Shown here in pieces: positions 46,587-56,150 of a DNA stretch of 64,000 nt. The translations under genes were made by a program, and so were the position numbers. Position 1 is the stretch's first letter, and each line of letters starts with the position of its first letter. Source of the stretch: an uncultured Acidobacteriota bacterium (GTDB taxonomy: Bacteria; Acidobacteriota; UBA6911; RPQK01; JAPXNP01); the NCBI GenBank assembly GCA_963777605.1, contig CAVZRV010000007.1:416001-480000 (forward strand). Direction: 5' to 3'. Below the pieces are notes generated by a model, which did no database searches, had not been told where the DNA came from, and was given only the letters and a program-made list of their open reading frames with translations.

Positions 46587-48065
46587 ATGAAGACAGTCGC
46601 CGAGATTCTCCCTTCAATTGCCGAAAGAACCCCACGTCAGACCGCCATCGTCGATGGCCCAAAGCGCCTCGACTACCGCCAACTCGACCTCAGCACCCGC
46701 CACCTGGCGATACGACTTCGTGAACTCGGAGTCGAGACCGGCGATCGGGTCGGGCTCTTGCTCCCCAACAGCCTCGAATTCGTCACCGCGTATTTCGGAG
46801 CGGTTGCTGCTGGTGCAGTCGTCGTCCCGCTGAACGAACACTACCAGGAAACCGAATTGCGCTACTTCACCGAACAGTGCGGACTCAAAGTTCTGCTGAC
46901 TTCGGCGCAGCATCGGGACCTGTGCGGCCGCGTCCTGGAGGAGGCGTCTCAGCCCTGCCTGCCGTTCTTCGTGGAGAAGTGGATCAACGAGACACCGCTG
47001 GTCGAACCGGATCGAACTTTATGGGCACGGCCCGATTTGCCAGTGATGTATCAGTTTTCATCGGGCTCAACCGGAGCACCCAAGAGGATTGCCCGAGACC
47101 ATGCCCGCATCCTCTTCGAGTTGGAGAGCTTTCGCACCACGATGGGAATCCGGAGCGAGGACCGGTTCATTGGGGTCGCTCCTTTCTCCCACGTGAACGG
47201 GTTGATGAGAAGCATGATGTCTTCGCTCTACGCCGGCGCCACGCTCTTTCCAGTCTCTCGTTTCGATCGACACGGCGTCGCCGAGCTAGTTGAGCGGGAG
47301 CGCACCAGCATCTTCATCGCCGTTCCATTCATGTTCGGAATGCTGGCCAAAACCCGATTCACCAGGCAACCCGACTTCTCATCACTTCGGCTCTGCGTCT
47401 CCGCCAGCGCGCCTATGCCGGTGAATCTCAATCAGGAGTTTGAACGACGTTTCGGTCGTTTTGTGCGACAGCTCTACGGATCTACTGAAACCGGGACGAT
47501 CAGCGTCAACCTCAGTGCGGACGTGTCCGAATCTCTCGAAACGGTGGGCACTCCCATCCGGGGAGTCCGTGTCGGGAGCTTCTCGGAGACCGGAGAACTG
47601 CTCGAGCCGGGAGCGGAAGGAGAACTCGGCATCTGCAGCCCCGGGGCGATCAGCGGCTACGAGGACCTCGAGGAAGTGAACCGCGAGGTCTTCCGCGATG
47701 GGTTCTTTCTGACCGGTGACATCGGCAGGATCAACGCTCGGGGTGAAATTACCTTGCTGGGAAGAAAGAAATTTTTCATCAACAAGGGAGGCTACAAGAT
47801 CAATCCACAGGAAATCGAGAGCCTTCTTGAAACCCATCCCGCAGTAGAAGAGGTCGCGGTGGTCGGAGTTCCGACGGCCTTTGAAGATGAGAAAGTCAAA
47901 GCCGTGATCATCAAGAAAGGCGAAGTCACTGCAGATGAACTGGTTGAATACTGCAGGGAGAAGATTGCCGACTTCAAAATTCCCAGTGTGTTGGAGTTTC
48001 GCGAGGCCCTTCCCAAGAGTTCGACCGGGAAGATCCGGAAGAAGTTGCTGGTCGAGAACCCATGA
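46587..48065 (+). CDS. AMP-dependent acyl-CoA/acyl-ACP ligase
   Basis: FSSGSTGAPK, YGSTETG, TGD, GRKK..INKGGYK, PKSSTGK. Confidence 0.92.
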   Translation: MKTVAEILPSIAERTPRQTAIVDGPKRLDYRQLDLSTRHLAIRLRELGVETGDRVGLLLPNSLEFVTAYFGAVAAGAVVVPLNEHYQETELRYFTEQCGLKVLLTSAQHRDLCGRVLEEASQPCLPFFVEKWINETPLVEPDRTLWARPDLPVMYQFSSGSTGAPKRIARDHARILFELESFRTTMGIRSEDRFIGVAPFSHVNGLMRSMMSSLYAGATLFPVSRFDRHGVAELVERERTSIFIAVPFMFGMLAKTRFTRQPDFSSLRLCVSASAPMPVNLNQEFERRFGRFVRQLYGSTETGTISVNLSADVSESLETVGTPIRGVRVGSFSETGELLEPGAEGELGICSPGAISGYEDLEEVNREVFRDGFFLTGDIGRINARGEITLLGRKKFFINKGGYKINPQEIESLLETHPAVEEVAVVGVPTAFEDEKVKAVIIKKGEVTADELVEYCREKIADFKIPSVLEFREALPKSSTGKIRKKLLVENP

Positions 48066-49025
48066 ACCTTTCGCCCCCGGCCCACCTGATCTACTGCTTT
48101 GTGGTAGCCTCCCTGGTCGGAGCCACCGGCCGCATCGGCTCGGACACATTACGCGAGGCAGTCGTCCGGATACTTGGATCTGTCGCATTCCGCCTTTCAT
48201 CAGAAAAGCGGGAGGATGCCCGCGCCGGGTTGCATGCCTTCTTCGGCGACTCGAAACAGGGCCAAGACCTGATTGTGCGAGAGAGTTTTCGGTTCTTCTG
48301 GGAGGAACTGTTCTGGCTCTCACCAACAAGACGAGAACGCCGGCTCGCGAGAGACGCAGCGATTCGAGGGATCGATCATCTGAAGTCAGCCCTTGACCAG
48401 GGGAAGGGAGCGATCCTGATCGAGAGCAACAGCTTCGGCTACCGCAGTGCGGCCAAGCAGGTTCTCCGCAGAAGTGGCTATTCGATGGCCCAAATCCATG
48501 CCGAGAGTCACCTGGGCGGACTCCGCAATCGGGCTCCGGCCGGCGGTGCCAGCAGGGAAAAGATTCGGAACATCTTCGAATCCTGGGAGCGCCGATTCAT
48601 CGACGAATTCGTCTACATTCCTTCCGAACCCAATCTCGCCTATGGCCGGACGTTGAAGACGAATGCTCGCCGAGAATCGGATCATCTGCAGCGCAGGTGA
48701 CGGAGACTGGGGAGAGAGGCTGCTTCCGATTCCCTTCCTGGGCGGGATCCGCCATTTCCCGACCGGCATGGTGAGCTTGTCCCGCATTACGGGAGCGCCC
48801 ATCCTCCCTCTGTTTGCAGTCCGGGAACCGAACGGAAATCTTGAAATCGTGCTGGAAGCTCCCCTTCAGATCGGCCCCGGAACCACCCGGGAATCGGCGC
48901 CGCGGGAGGCACTGGCAGAATTTGCCGGCGTGTTGGAATCGTGGATATCGAAGTATCCCGGGCTTTACCGAAACTGGCAGAGCGCGGCTCAAACCCAGGT
49001 TCGAAACCCAAAGACTCCCCAGTAA
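48062..49025 (+). pseudogene. LpxL/HtrB-family acyltransferase, frameshifted near 48659
   Basis: N-part GIDHLKSALDQGKGAIL; C-part LAENRII..GD..IPFLG..FPTG..TGAPILP..YPG..W. Removing one base at TTGAAG-A-CGAATG joins them (RTLKRMLAEN). Confidence 0.78.
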
Positions 49026-50827
49026 ACCAAGTACGAAGCAACCAGCACCGCACTCAGTGCGGCAACCAGGGAGAAAAGCCAGACATTCGAACTCGAGTGG
49101 TTCCGCCATCGGAGGAGAACCGCACCGAGCGCGAGCACTGCACTGACGGGACATGCCAGGCTCCCTACAAAAAGCAGACCGGAAATCCAGGTCAGACGCC
49201 CGAAACTCTCAACCATGTCTCCCCGACCGATGACCAGGGGGAGCACGACGGCCGCCACCGAAACGGCCGCCAGCGACGGGAACACCAGCGGCAAGAATTC
49301 CCCGGAGCCGGCTCCGCGACGAATGCTCCGGCCGGCCGAGAACAGGACCGCAAAGGCCAGCCAGGCCCCGAGTACTCCCAGTCCGACGACTCCACCAATG
49401 CGCTCGAGCCATACCAGCCCGCCGGAAGCGCGGAAGAAGCTCCCCTGGAAATACTCGCTAAACCCTTCCACCACAGTCCGCCCATCCGGTCCCCTGGAAA
49501 AGACCACGGTAGGCAGGGGCTCTCCCTCGGCCCTGAACCGTCGATCGGTCACCGGGAAGAGTTGGACCTCGGACCCGCCCTGCGAATCCACGAGAAGCTT
49601 CCCCTGAAGGTATTCAATGTAGTTCACGTCCAGGATACGCAGAAAAAACCTGGTCCATGCCCAGCGGAAGGTCAAAGGCCGATAGTACCCATCCACCGCC
49701 GCCAGCCGGTTGGCCGGAAGGTCAACAAACAGCGGCTGCGGAGGCTCCAATCTGGATGTGCAAAACCGCTCCAGGCTGCCGACCAGCGTCGAAAAATCCG
49801 CTCCACTCGTCCCCCGCGCCAGGACCGCGAATCCGAGGCCGTGCTGGGGAAGATACCGGAAAGCTGCGTAGTCCGAATCCAGGCCGCTCTGGGCTCCGTG
49901 AAAGACGAAGCCGTTGGCCGGGAAGGTTCGAATGCCCAATCCGAACCCCACCTGGAGCCCATTGCGGAACGCGTCAGAAGTTGCCGGGGTTTCCAAACGC
50001 TGCACGTCACTCTCGGCGAGATAGTCCGCTCCGGCAACCTTTCCACGATCAAGGAACATCTGAAGCAGAGCAGAAATATCCCTGGCGGATGCTTCCAGGC
50101 CCAGAACGGGCCAAAGGTTCCCACCTTTCAGACCGGTCGCGCCACTCTCCCCGTGCCGGTATCGGGCCGACATGCGGAGCGGGTCGAAAACGGCACTCTT
50201 AATCCAATCCTGGAAAGGCTGTTGGCCAATTTCCTCCGCCACCAATGCAGCCACCATCGGCCCCGTCATGACCGGGTCGCTGAACCGTCCGGGCCGGTTG
50301 AGACAAACCAGGGAGTCGGAATCGCGCAACAAGGTGTCCCGGATCGAACCCGACGTCTCTCCGGAGCCGGCATATTCCCTCATCGGCAGGTCCTGGAAAC
50401 CCGCGGTGTGTTCCAGGAGATGTTCGACCCGCAACGGTTCGGTTGACGCCCAGAAATTCTGGATGGGAAGATCAGGAACCACCGTGTCGAGGCGGGCGTC
50501 AACGACCGGCATACCTCTCTCCGAAAGACGCATCAAGCCGACCGCGAGAAGACTCTGGGCAACTGTCCCGACATTGAAGCGAGTCTCAGGGTTTGCCGTC
50601 GTCCCACCCGGAGATGATTCACAGACAAAAACCGGCTCGCCTCCCCGCGCGGACAGGGCCACACAAATTGCTGAAAAGGATCCACTTTCGACGAAGCTCT
50701 TCAGTTGGGGCCCGATCTCATCGACCGGAGGCAAAGCGGGGTTGGCAGGTTCAGGTGCCGATTGCGCCCACCCCATGCCTCCAAACAGACCCATCAGAAC
50801 AAGCAATAGAACCAATAAATTTCGCAT
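48989..50827 (-). CDS. Beta-lactamase/serine hydrolase-fold membrane protein lacking catalytic motifs
   Basis: Signal peptide, ETRFNVGTVAQ, LRVEHLLEHTAGF, VFDPLRM, FHG; four C-terminal TM helices. Confidence 0.8.
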   Translation of the reverse strand: MRNLLVLLLVLMGLFGGMGWAQSAPEPANPALPPVDEIGPQLKSFVESGSFSAICVALSARGGEPVFVCESSPGGTTANPETRFNVGTVAQSLLAVGLMRLSERGMPVVDARLDTVVPDLPIQNFWASTEPLRVEHLLEHTAGFQDLPMREYAGSGETSGSIRDTLLRDSDSLVCLNRPGRFSDPVMTGPMVAALVAEEIGQQPFQDWIKSAVFDPLRMSARYRHGESGATGLKGGNLWPVLGLEASARDISALLQMFLDRGKVAGADYLAESDVQRLETPATSDAFRNGLQVGFGLGIRTFPANGFVFHGAQSGLDSDYAAFRYLPQHGLGFAVLARGTSGADFSTLVGSLERFCTSRLEPPQPLFVDLPANRLAAVDGYYRPLTFRWAWTRFFLRILDVNYIEYLQGKLLVDSQGGSEVQLFPVTDRRFRAEGEPLPTVVFSRGPDGRTVVEGFSEYFQGSFFRASGGLVWLERIGGVVGLGVLGAWLAFAVLFSAGRSIRRGAGSGEFLPLVFPSLAAVSVAAVVLPLVIGRGDMVESFGRLTWISGLLFVGSLACPVSAVLALGAVLLRWRNHSSSNVWLFSLVAALSAVLVASYLVYWGVFGFRTWV

Positions 50828-50918
50828 TTGTGAACTGGGACCTCAAGCAAAAGTCTATTGCTCTGAGGAGGTTGAGTCAACAAACGGGGGGGACTGCGGC
50901 CGGCCTGCGGACGAGACC

Positions 50919-51179
50919 TCAGCCCCCTACAGGCTCGGCCGGGGCGGCTACGACCGGGGCGGGTAGGAGATCGACAGAAGGACCTGATCCATTTCGGGTT
51001 TTCAGAAGAAACGTCGTCACGGAGTCAAGAAAGCTGAGTGGAAAGGCCCCCCCACAAAGGAGGCAGCTCAAACTGAGCAGCCTGCCGCTCGTACTGTAAC
51101 GGTACAACATCGCCGTACGGCAAGCCGGACACGGAACGAATATCTCACCTTGTTCCATCGAATGCGGATTATAGAACAT
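50919..51179 (-). CDS. Small zinc-ribbon hypothetical protein
   Basis: CPAC..CLLC; sits co-directionally between two genes. Confidence 0.45.
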   Translation of the reverse strand: MFYNPHSMEQGEIFVPCPACRTAMLYRYSTSGRLLSLSCLLCGGAFPLSFLDSVTTFLLKTRNGSGPSVDLLPAPVVAAPAEPVGG

Positions 51180-51195
51180 TCGAGATGACAGCTTG

Positions 51196-52281
51196 TCACG
51201 ACCTGAGATGCCGGGTGAGAATCGACTCCAGTTCGGAGGTCTCGCGATATTCCTGAATCCCAACGATCTTGCCCGAATCCGGCGCATCTGCAATCGACCC
51301 TGCCGGAGACGACTGCCCGACAATCAGGACCGGGAGCTCGGGGTAAGATTTCAGGAGCGGGCCAAGAAGCTTCTTCCCCTGCCGAACCGAGGACAGGTCA
51401 ACCACCACAAACCGCGCCGACTGAAGCAACGGCTCGAGCAGCTTCAGGCTTTCCGACGGGGCCGACTGGTCGAGTTCCGACACGACCGGAAGCAGTTGCT
51501 GTTTCGAAACTGACCGAGCGATGGCTCGCGCCGCCTCCTGCTGAGCCCCCCTAAACCGCCCCAGGACCAGCACTATTCGGGATGCCACGCAGACCGATGC
51601 ACGAACCGCACGGTTGGTTGCATAGATCTGAAGGCTGACCAACTGGGCAGCTTCGAGATCGTCAACCCAGATCGCAGGTTCCTTACGCGGTGTGATGATC
51701 AGCCGAGACTGGGCAGCCGGTCTCCCCTCCAGTCTCCAGGCCGACAGGCCATGAACCCAACACGAATCAATCCGGGCACCTTCTACACGCGTTCCGATAA
51801 GCGATGCCGCCGTCAGATCAGCCTGGGAGAGATTGACGCCGGTCAGGTTGGCCTCATGGAAGTTGGCGCTCATCAGATGAGCTCCGGTAAGGTCCGCGTT
51901 ACTCAGGTCGGCCCCCATCAGGCTGCTTCCCAGCAAGTTGGCCCCCTTCAGATTGGCCGACTTGAGGCGAGTGCCGAACAGGAAAGCCCCGAAGAAACTG
52001 GCGCCGGCGAGACAGGACTCGTTGAGCGAGGCCCCGAGCAGGTCGGCGAGGATCAGGGTCGCCGATTCGAGGTTGGCGCGATTCAGCGAAGCGTGGCTCA
52101 GTTGCGCCTTGCTGAGGTCGGCCTGACGAAGATCCGCACCGTCGAGAACGGCTCGTTCGAGATCTACGTTCACCAACCTCGCCTCGGTGAGGTCCGGCTT
52201 CACCGAAGGGTTGCGACGCCTCCAGGCATTCCAACCATCCACCCCTTGCAGCAACAGTTCCAGATGTTCCTGATTCGCCAT
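51196..52281 (-). CDS. Pentapeptide repeat protein with C-terminal alpha/beta domain
   Basis: MANQEHL..GVDGWNAWR leader, long run of A(D/N)Lxx repeats, then VLVLGRF..ARFVVVDLS. Confidence 0.9.
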   Translation of the reverse strand: MANQEHLELLLQGVDGWNAWRRRNPSVKPDLTEARLVNVDLERAVLDGADLRQADLSKAQLSHASLNRANLESATLILADLLGASLNESCLAGASFFGAFLFGTRLKSANLKGANLLGSSLMGADLSNADLTGAHLMSANFHEANLTGVNLSQADLTAASLIGTRVEGARIDSCWVHGLSAWRLEGRPAAQSRLIITPRKEPAIWVDDLEAAQLVSLQIYATNRAVRASVCVASRIVLVLGRFRGAQQEAARAIARSVSKQQLLPVVSELDQSAPSESLKLLEPLLQSARFVVVDLSSVRQGKKLLGPLLKSYPELPVLIVGQSSPAGSIADAPDSGKIVGIQEYRETSELESILTRHLRS

Positions 52282-52487
52282 AGACCAGCAAGCCGATAGA
52301 CTTCAACACCCATTATGGATCCCGCGAAGATTTCAGGCGAGATTCGCTCGGGCAACTCCCGCAAGCCTCAGTCGAAAGATAGCCGACCTTGCCCATTCGA
52401 TCCCTGCAAACGCAACCCCTTTCCCAACGATCTTCATTGAGCTATAAACAAAATTAACAGAAACCATCGAGATCCAGGAGGAAACGG

Positions 52488-52811
52488 ATGGAAATCACCT
52501 ACGAGGAAGTCAAGAAGAAGACGCTGGCTCAACTGCGCGAAATGGCGGCAAGTATGGATCACCCTGCCCTGCAGGGATACACGCAGCTGCACAAGGCCGA
52601 GTTGATCCCGAAGATCTGCGAAGCACTCGGAATCGAAGCTCACGTCCACCATGAAGTGGTGGGCATCGACAAGGCGGACATCAAGAAGGAGATCCGCAAA
52701 GCAAAAGCTGCGCGGGACAAGGCGCTCGAGGCCAAGAACCAGGAGAAACTCCGGGAAACCCGGGTTCAGATTCACGAACTCAAGCGCCAACTACGTAAGG
52801 CACTGACTTGA
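52488..52811 (+). CDS. Small basic helical protein (Rho N-terminal-like)
   Basis: AGGAGG RBS; KKKTLAQLREMA..LHKAELI. Confidence 0.8.
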   Translation: MEITYEEVKKKTLAQLREMAASMDHPALQGYTQLHKAELIPKICEALGIEAHVHHEVVGIDKADIKKEIRKAKAARDKALEAKNQEKLRETRVQIHELKRQLRKALT

Positions 52812-52815
52812 CGGA

Positions 52816-54072
52816 TCAGTTTGGCAACGGGGGAACGCTCGTCAACTGAAAGCCCGCGGTCGTCGTCTCCAGCCGGAGTACGACGAGGTAGAAATCTCCG
52901 GATGATTCCGCGACGACGGAACCGGTGAAATTCTGTGGCACGCCCGTGAAGAGTTCATCAAAGAACCTGGACAAGCCACTGCCGCGACTGATTTCCTGAA
53001 CCTTGGAGCCATCCGCGCCGTAGAGCGTCAGGGTTATCGGTGCATCACCCTGGGAAGGCAGTCTTCGCATCGCCAGTCCGGTGTTGACCGCCGCCGATTT
53101 CTCCACTGGAAAGATGAACTTCCGGGCACTTGTTCCGGCGGGGACTCCCGTCGAATCGAGCAGTTCACCTCCGCTCGAAAAATTGAAGAAATAGGAGACT
53201 GCCAACGCGCTCACGTCGGAACCCGAGTCAGGAACGATGACCAACCCGGTTGTGACCGCGTCGGGGCCACCGGTAAATTTGTACTTCCGAGTTTCCCTCG
53301 GGCCGAGGTCGATCGAGGTTCGAAGGTAGTCGAGCGACCCATCGGAAAGGAGAGGCTCTGCCCCGCCTGTCCAGGCTGAGTCCGAAGTGTTGTTCACCAG
53401 CAGGATGACTTCGTAGCCCCCGCCAACCGCCAACTGCGGATAGACGATCACATCGGCCGCTGTCACCTCTCCGACCTCGATCGTGAGGCTGGTGATCTCG
53501 AAACGAACCTCGCCGAACGCCCCGTCCGTCTGAGACTGAAAGATCAGGCGCCCACCAGTCGTTCCATAGGGATCCTCTGAGACGATGTCGAAGTCTCCGA
53601 TATTGAGCGAGAGTGGAAGCGAGTCATCCGTGAAAGTGGCCGCAACGGAATCGAGCATGACCAGATCAATCTGAACCGGGGACAATTCCGAAAGAGCAGG
53701 CCCCGTCACATCCTGGTAGGGGCTGACCACTTCATATGCATCGAACGCGGGTTGACCCGAAATCAGTGGGCGGTCATTCGATACCTCAATCGTGTTGTCG
53801 GACGCGCTGAACTGGTAGTCCCTGACCGACAAGGCCAGGGAAGTGGCAAGGTAGCGCCCGGTGTTCGGGTCCTGGGCGACTGCATCAGCGGCATCCGTGT
53901 TGAAACCGAATGTTCCGGTCACCTGATCTCCGACCTGAACTTCGGAGATTGTCACCGAGTTGGCTCCGGTTGACGTCACTCTCCCGGTAAATCGGCCGAT
54001 TGCGGTCTCGGCACTGAGCCCGGAAATAGCGGCGCAGAATGTCAGTACGGCGACAAACGTCTTTTCCTTCAT
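52816..54072 (-). CDS. Secreted protein with shared C-terminal module
   Basis: Signal peptide; YPQLAVGGG..VNTGLA..SRFFDELF..FTGS..TSVP. Confidence 0.82.
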   Translation of the reverse strand: MKEKTFVAVLTFCAAISGLSAETAIGRFTGRVTSTGANSVTISEVQVGDQVTGTFGFNTDAADAVAQDPNTGRYLATSLALSVRDYQFSASDNTIEVSNDRPLISGQPAFDAYEVVSPYQDVTGPALSELSPVQIDLVMLDSVAATFTDDSLPLSLNIGDFDIVSEDPYGTTGGRLIFQSQTDGAFGEVRFEITSLTIEVGEVTAADVIVYPQLAVGGGYEVILLVNNTSDSAWTGGAEPLLSDGSLDYLRTSIDLGPRETRKYKFTGGPDAVTTGLVIVPDSGSDVSALAVSYFFNFSSGGELLDSTGVPAGTSARKFIFPVEKSAAVNTGLAMRRLPSQGDAPITLTLYGADGSKVQEISRGSGLSRFFDELFTGVPQNFTGSVVAESSGDFYLVVLRLETTTAGFQLTSVPPLPN

Positions 54073-54297
54073 CCTCTTGTTTCCTCCGACTTGCTAAAAG
54101 GAAGAGGACGCAGAACGGCTCTCCACAAAGCACTCGACCAGACTCGTCCGAGAGACAGGGAATGTGTCCCTGCGTGGCCTGGTAGGGGCGCCCTCACCCC
54201 GAATGGTTTGCCGTTCACCTTACCAGATCATCAAAGCCGGAGGGCAGAAAGCCAAGTGATTGCGGCCCGAAGAGCGCAGCCAGGACCGGTCGCAGTA

Positions 54298-54774
54298 TCA
54301 GGGACCCGCCGTGCGACGAACCTCGGCAGGTTCCCTTGTCGGCACTTCGAGCACGTTGCGGAAGTCGCTCCAGGTGATTCGCTCGCGACGGTGAAGACTG
54401 GAGAAGAGCACGCGGCCCTTGAGGAAGAATTGTATCTCGTCCGGCAACCAAATGTCGCCTTCAACCGGTCGGCGTTGAATTTCTCCAGAGATTTCTCCAA
54501 TCGACCCCACAATGCCCCAGCCGATCTTGACCTTCTCCCTGAGCTGAAAACTCACCCGGGCAACTTCTCCATCTCCGTCAAGTTTGTCGGAGACTCGCAC
54601 CAACCTGGAGGAAAATCGTTCTTCAACCGATTCGGCCCGGTACCGCCGCGCCCGCTCCACGGACCGGGTCAGGATCTCCTTGAGAGAGGGCAAACCCTCG
54701 GCCAGGGAAATCGTCCCCGCTATCCCCCAACCGCAGATCAATAGCGGCAGTGTCTTTCGAAGCAGATTTCTCAT
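54298..54774 (-). CDS. Exported hypothetical protein
   Basis: Signal peptide-like N-terminus; DIWLP..WSDFR beta-rich end. Confidence 0.55.
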   Translation of the reverse strand: MRNLLRKTLPLLICGWGIAGTISLAEGLPSLKEILTRSVERARRYRAESVEERFSSRLVRVSDKLDGDGEVARVSFQLREKVKIGWGIVGSIGEISGEIQRRPVEGDIWLPDEIQFFLKGRVLFSSLHRRERITWSDFRNVLEVPTREPAEVRRTAGP

Positions 54775-54980
54775 CCCGTGCGCCCCAGTTGGTCAGCTAA
54801 AGTGATATCTGTAGACAGAGACGCATCCATCGGGAGAAACGGTTCATCAATGAGCGGGTCAGCAACCGAGTTCTTTCTTGCGATTGGATGTGAACCACAC
54901 TTAGTATGGGAGAGTTTTCGGCATCGAACGGCTGTGCCCAAGTAAATCCAATGTCGATTACCGAGCGAGGAGAACCTGAG

Positions 54981-56135
54981 ATGGCCAAGCATATCGGAAT
55001 CCTGACAGCAGGGGGCGACAGCCCGGGGCTAAATGCTGCTATTCGCGGCGTTGGCAAATCCGCCATCGAAGCGTATGGCATGGACGTGATCGGTTTTCGC
55101 GACGGCTTCCGGGGCCTCATGCAGGACCGAATCATGCGGTTGGACGGTGAGCTCCTCTCGGGAATCCTGACGCGCGGAGGAACCATTCTGGGTGCGAGTC
55201 GCGACAAGCCCAATCGCATGCCCGTGGGCAACAAACTGCTCGACATGACCGACGTCATGATCAACACTTACAACAAGCACCACCTCGACGTTCTGGTCTG
55301 CCTCGGCGGAGGTGGGACCCAGAAGAATGCTCTGCTTCTGAAGGAAAAAGGGCTCAACGTCATCACGCTGCCCAAGACGATCGACAACGACGTTGCTCTG
55401 ACCGACATCACATTTGGGTTTGACACGGCACTCGGGATTGCAACCGAAGCGATCGACCGGCTCCACAGCACCGCCCACAGCCATCATCGCATCATCGTGG
55501 TTGAGGTGATGGGACACAAGACGGGATGGCTGGCACTCGGCGCCGGCATAGCCGGCGGAGCAGACGTCATTCTTATCCCGGAGATCCCCTACGATACGGT
55601 CGCCGTCGCCGAAGCTATCCGTCAGCGCAGTCGGCGGGGAAAACAGTTCAGCATCGTGGCCCTCTCGGAGGGTGCGATGTCGATAGACGACCTCTCCGAA
55701 ATGCAGCGCCTGGACGACAAGATGAAGAAGGGGAAGCTGAAGTCGCCCAAGTCGAAAAAAAGTCACGGGAAGGACAAGGAGCACAGCGAGCACGAGCTGG
55801 AGCTGATGCATCTCGAGATGCGCCTTGCCAATCGTACGCTCTCCCTGTCCAAGCGGCTTGAAGAGTTGACTGGCCTGGAAACGCGGGTAACCATCCTCGG
55901 CCACCTGCAGAGGGGCGGTACGCCAAGCGCCGCAGACAGAATCCTGGCCACTCGACTCGGCACTGCCTGCGCCGAGCTGATCCAGGCAGGAGAATACGGC
56001 GTCATGGTCGCAGCCCGGGGCGAAGGGGCCCAGCCCGTACCACTCAGCGAGGTCGCGGGAAAACGCAAAACCGTACCTCTGGACCACCCGTGGATCCAGA
56101 CAGCACGCCGGGTCGGAACCTGCCTCGGCGATTGA
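54981..56135 (+). CDS. pfkA: 6-phosphofructokinase (PfkA family)
   Basis: [37 protein letters not shown]; GAGGAG RBS. Confidence 0.95.
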   Translation: MAKHIGILTAGGDSPGLNAAIRGVGKSAIEAYGMDVIGFRDGFRGLMQDRIMRLDGELLSGILTRGGTILGASRDKPNRMPVGNKLLDMTDVMINTYNKHHLDVLVCLGGGGTQKNALLLKEKGLNVITLPKTIDNDVALTDITFGFDTALGIATEAIDRLHSTAHSHHRIIVVEVMGHKTGWLALGAGIAGGADVILIPEIPYDTVAVAEAIRQRSRRGKQFSIVALSEGAMSIDDLSEMQRLDDKMKKGKLKSPKSKKSHGKDKEHSEHELELMHLEMRLANRTLSLSKRLEELTGLETRVTILGHLQRGGTPSAADRILATRLGTACAELIQAGEYGVMVAARGEGAQPVPLSEVAGKRKTVPLDHPWIQTARRVGTCLGD

Positions 56136-56150
56136 ATCGAGGAGCCCACG

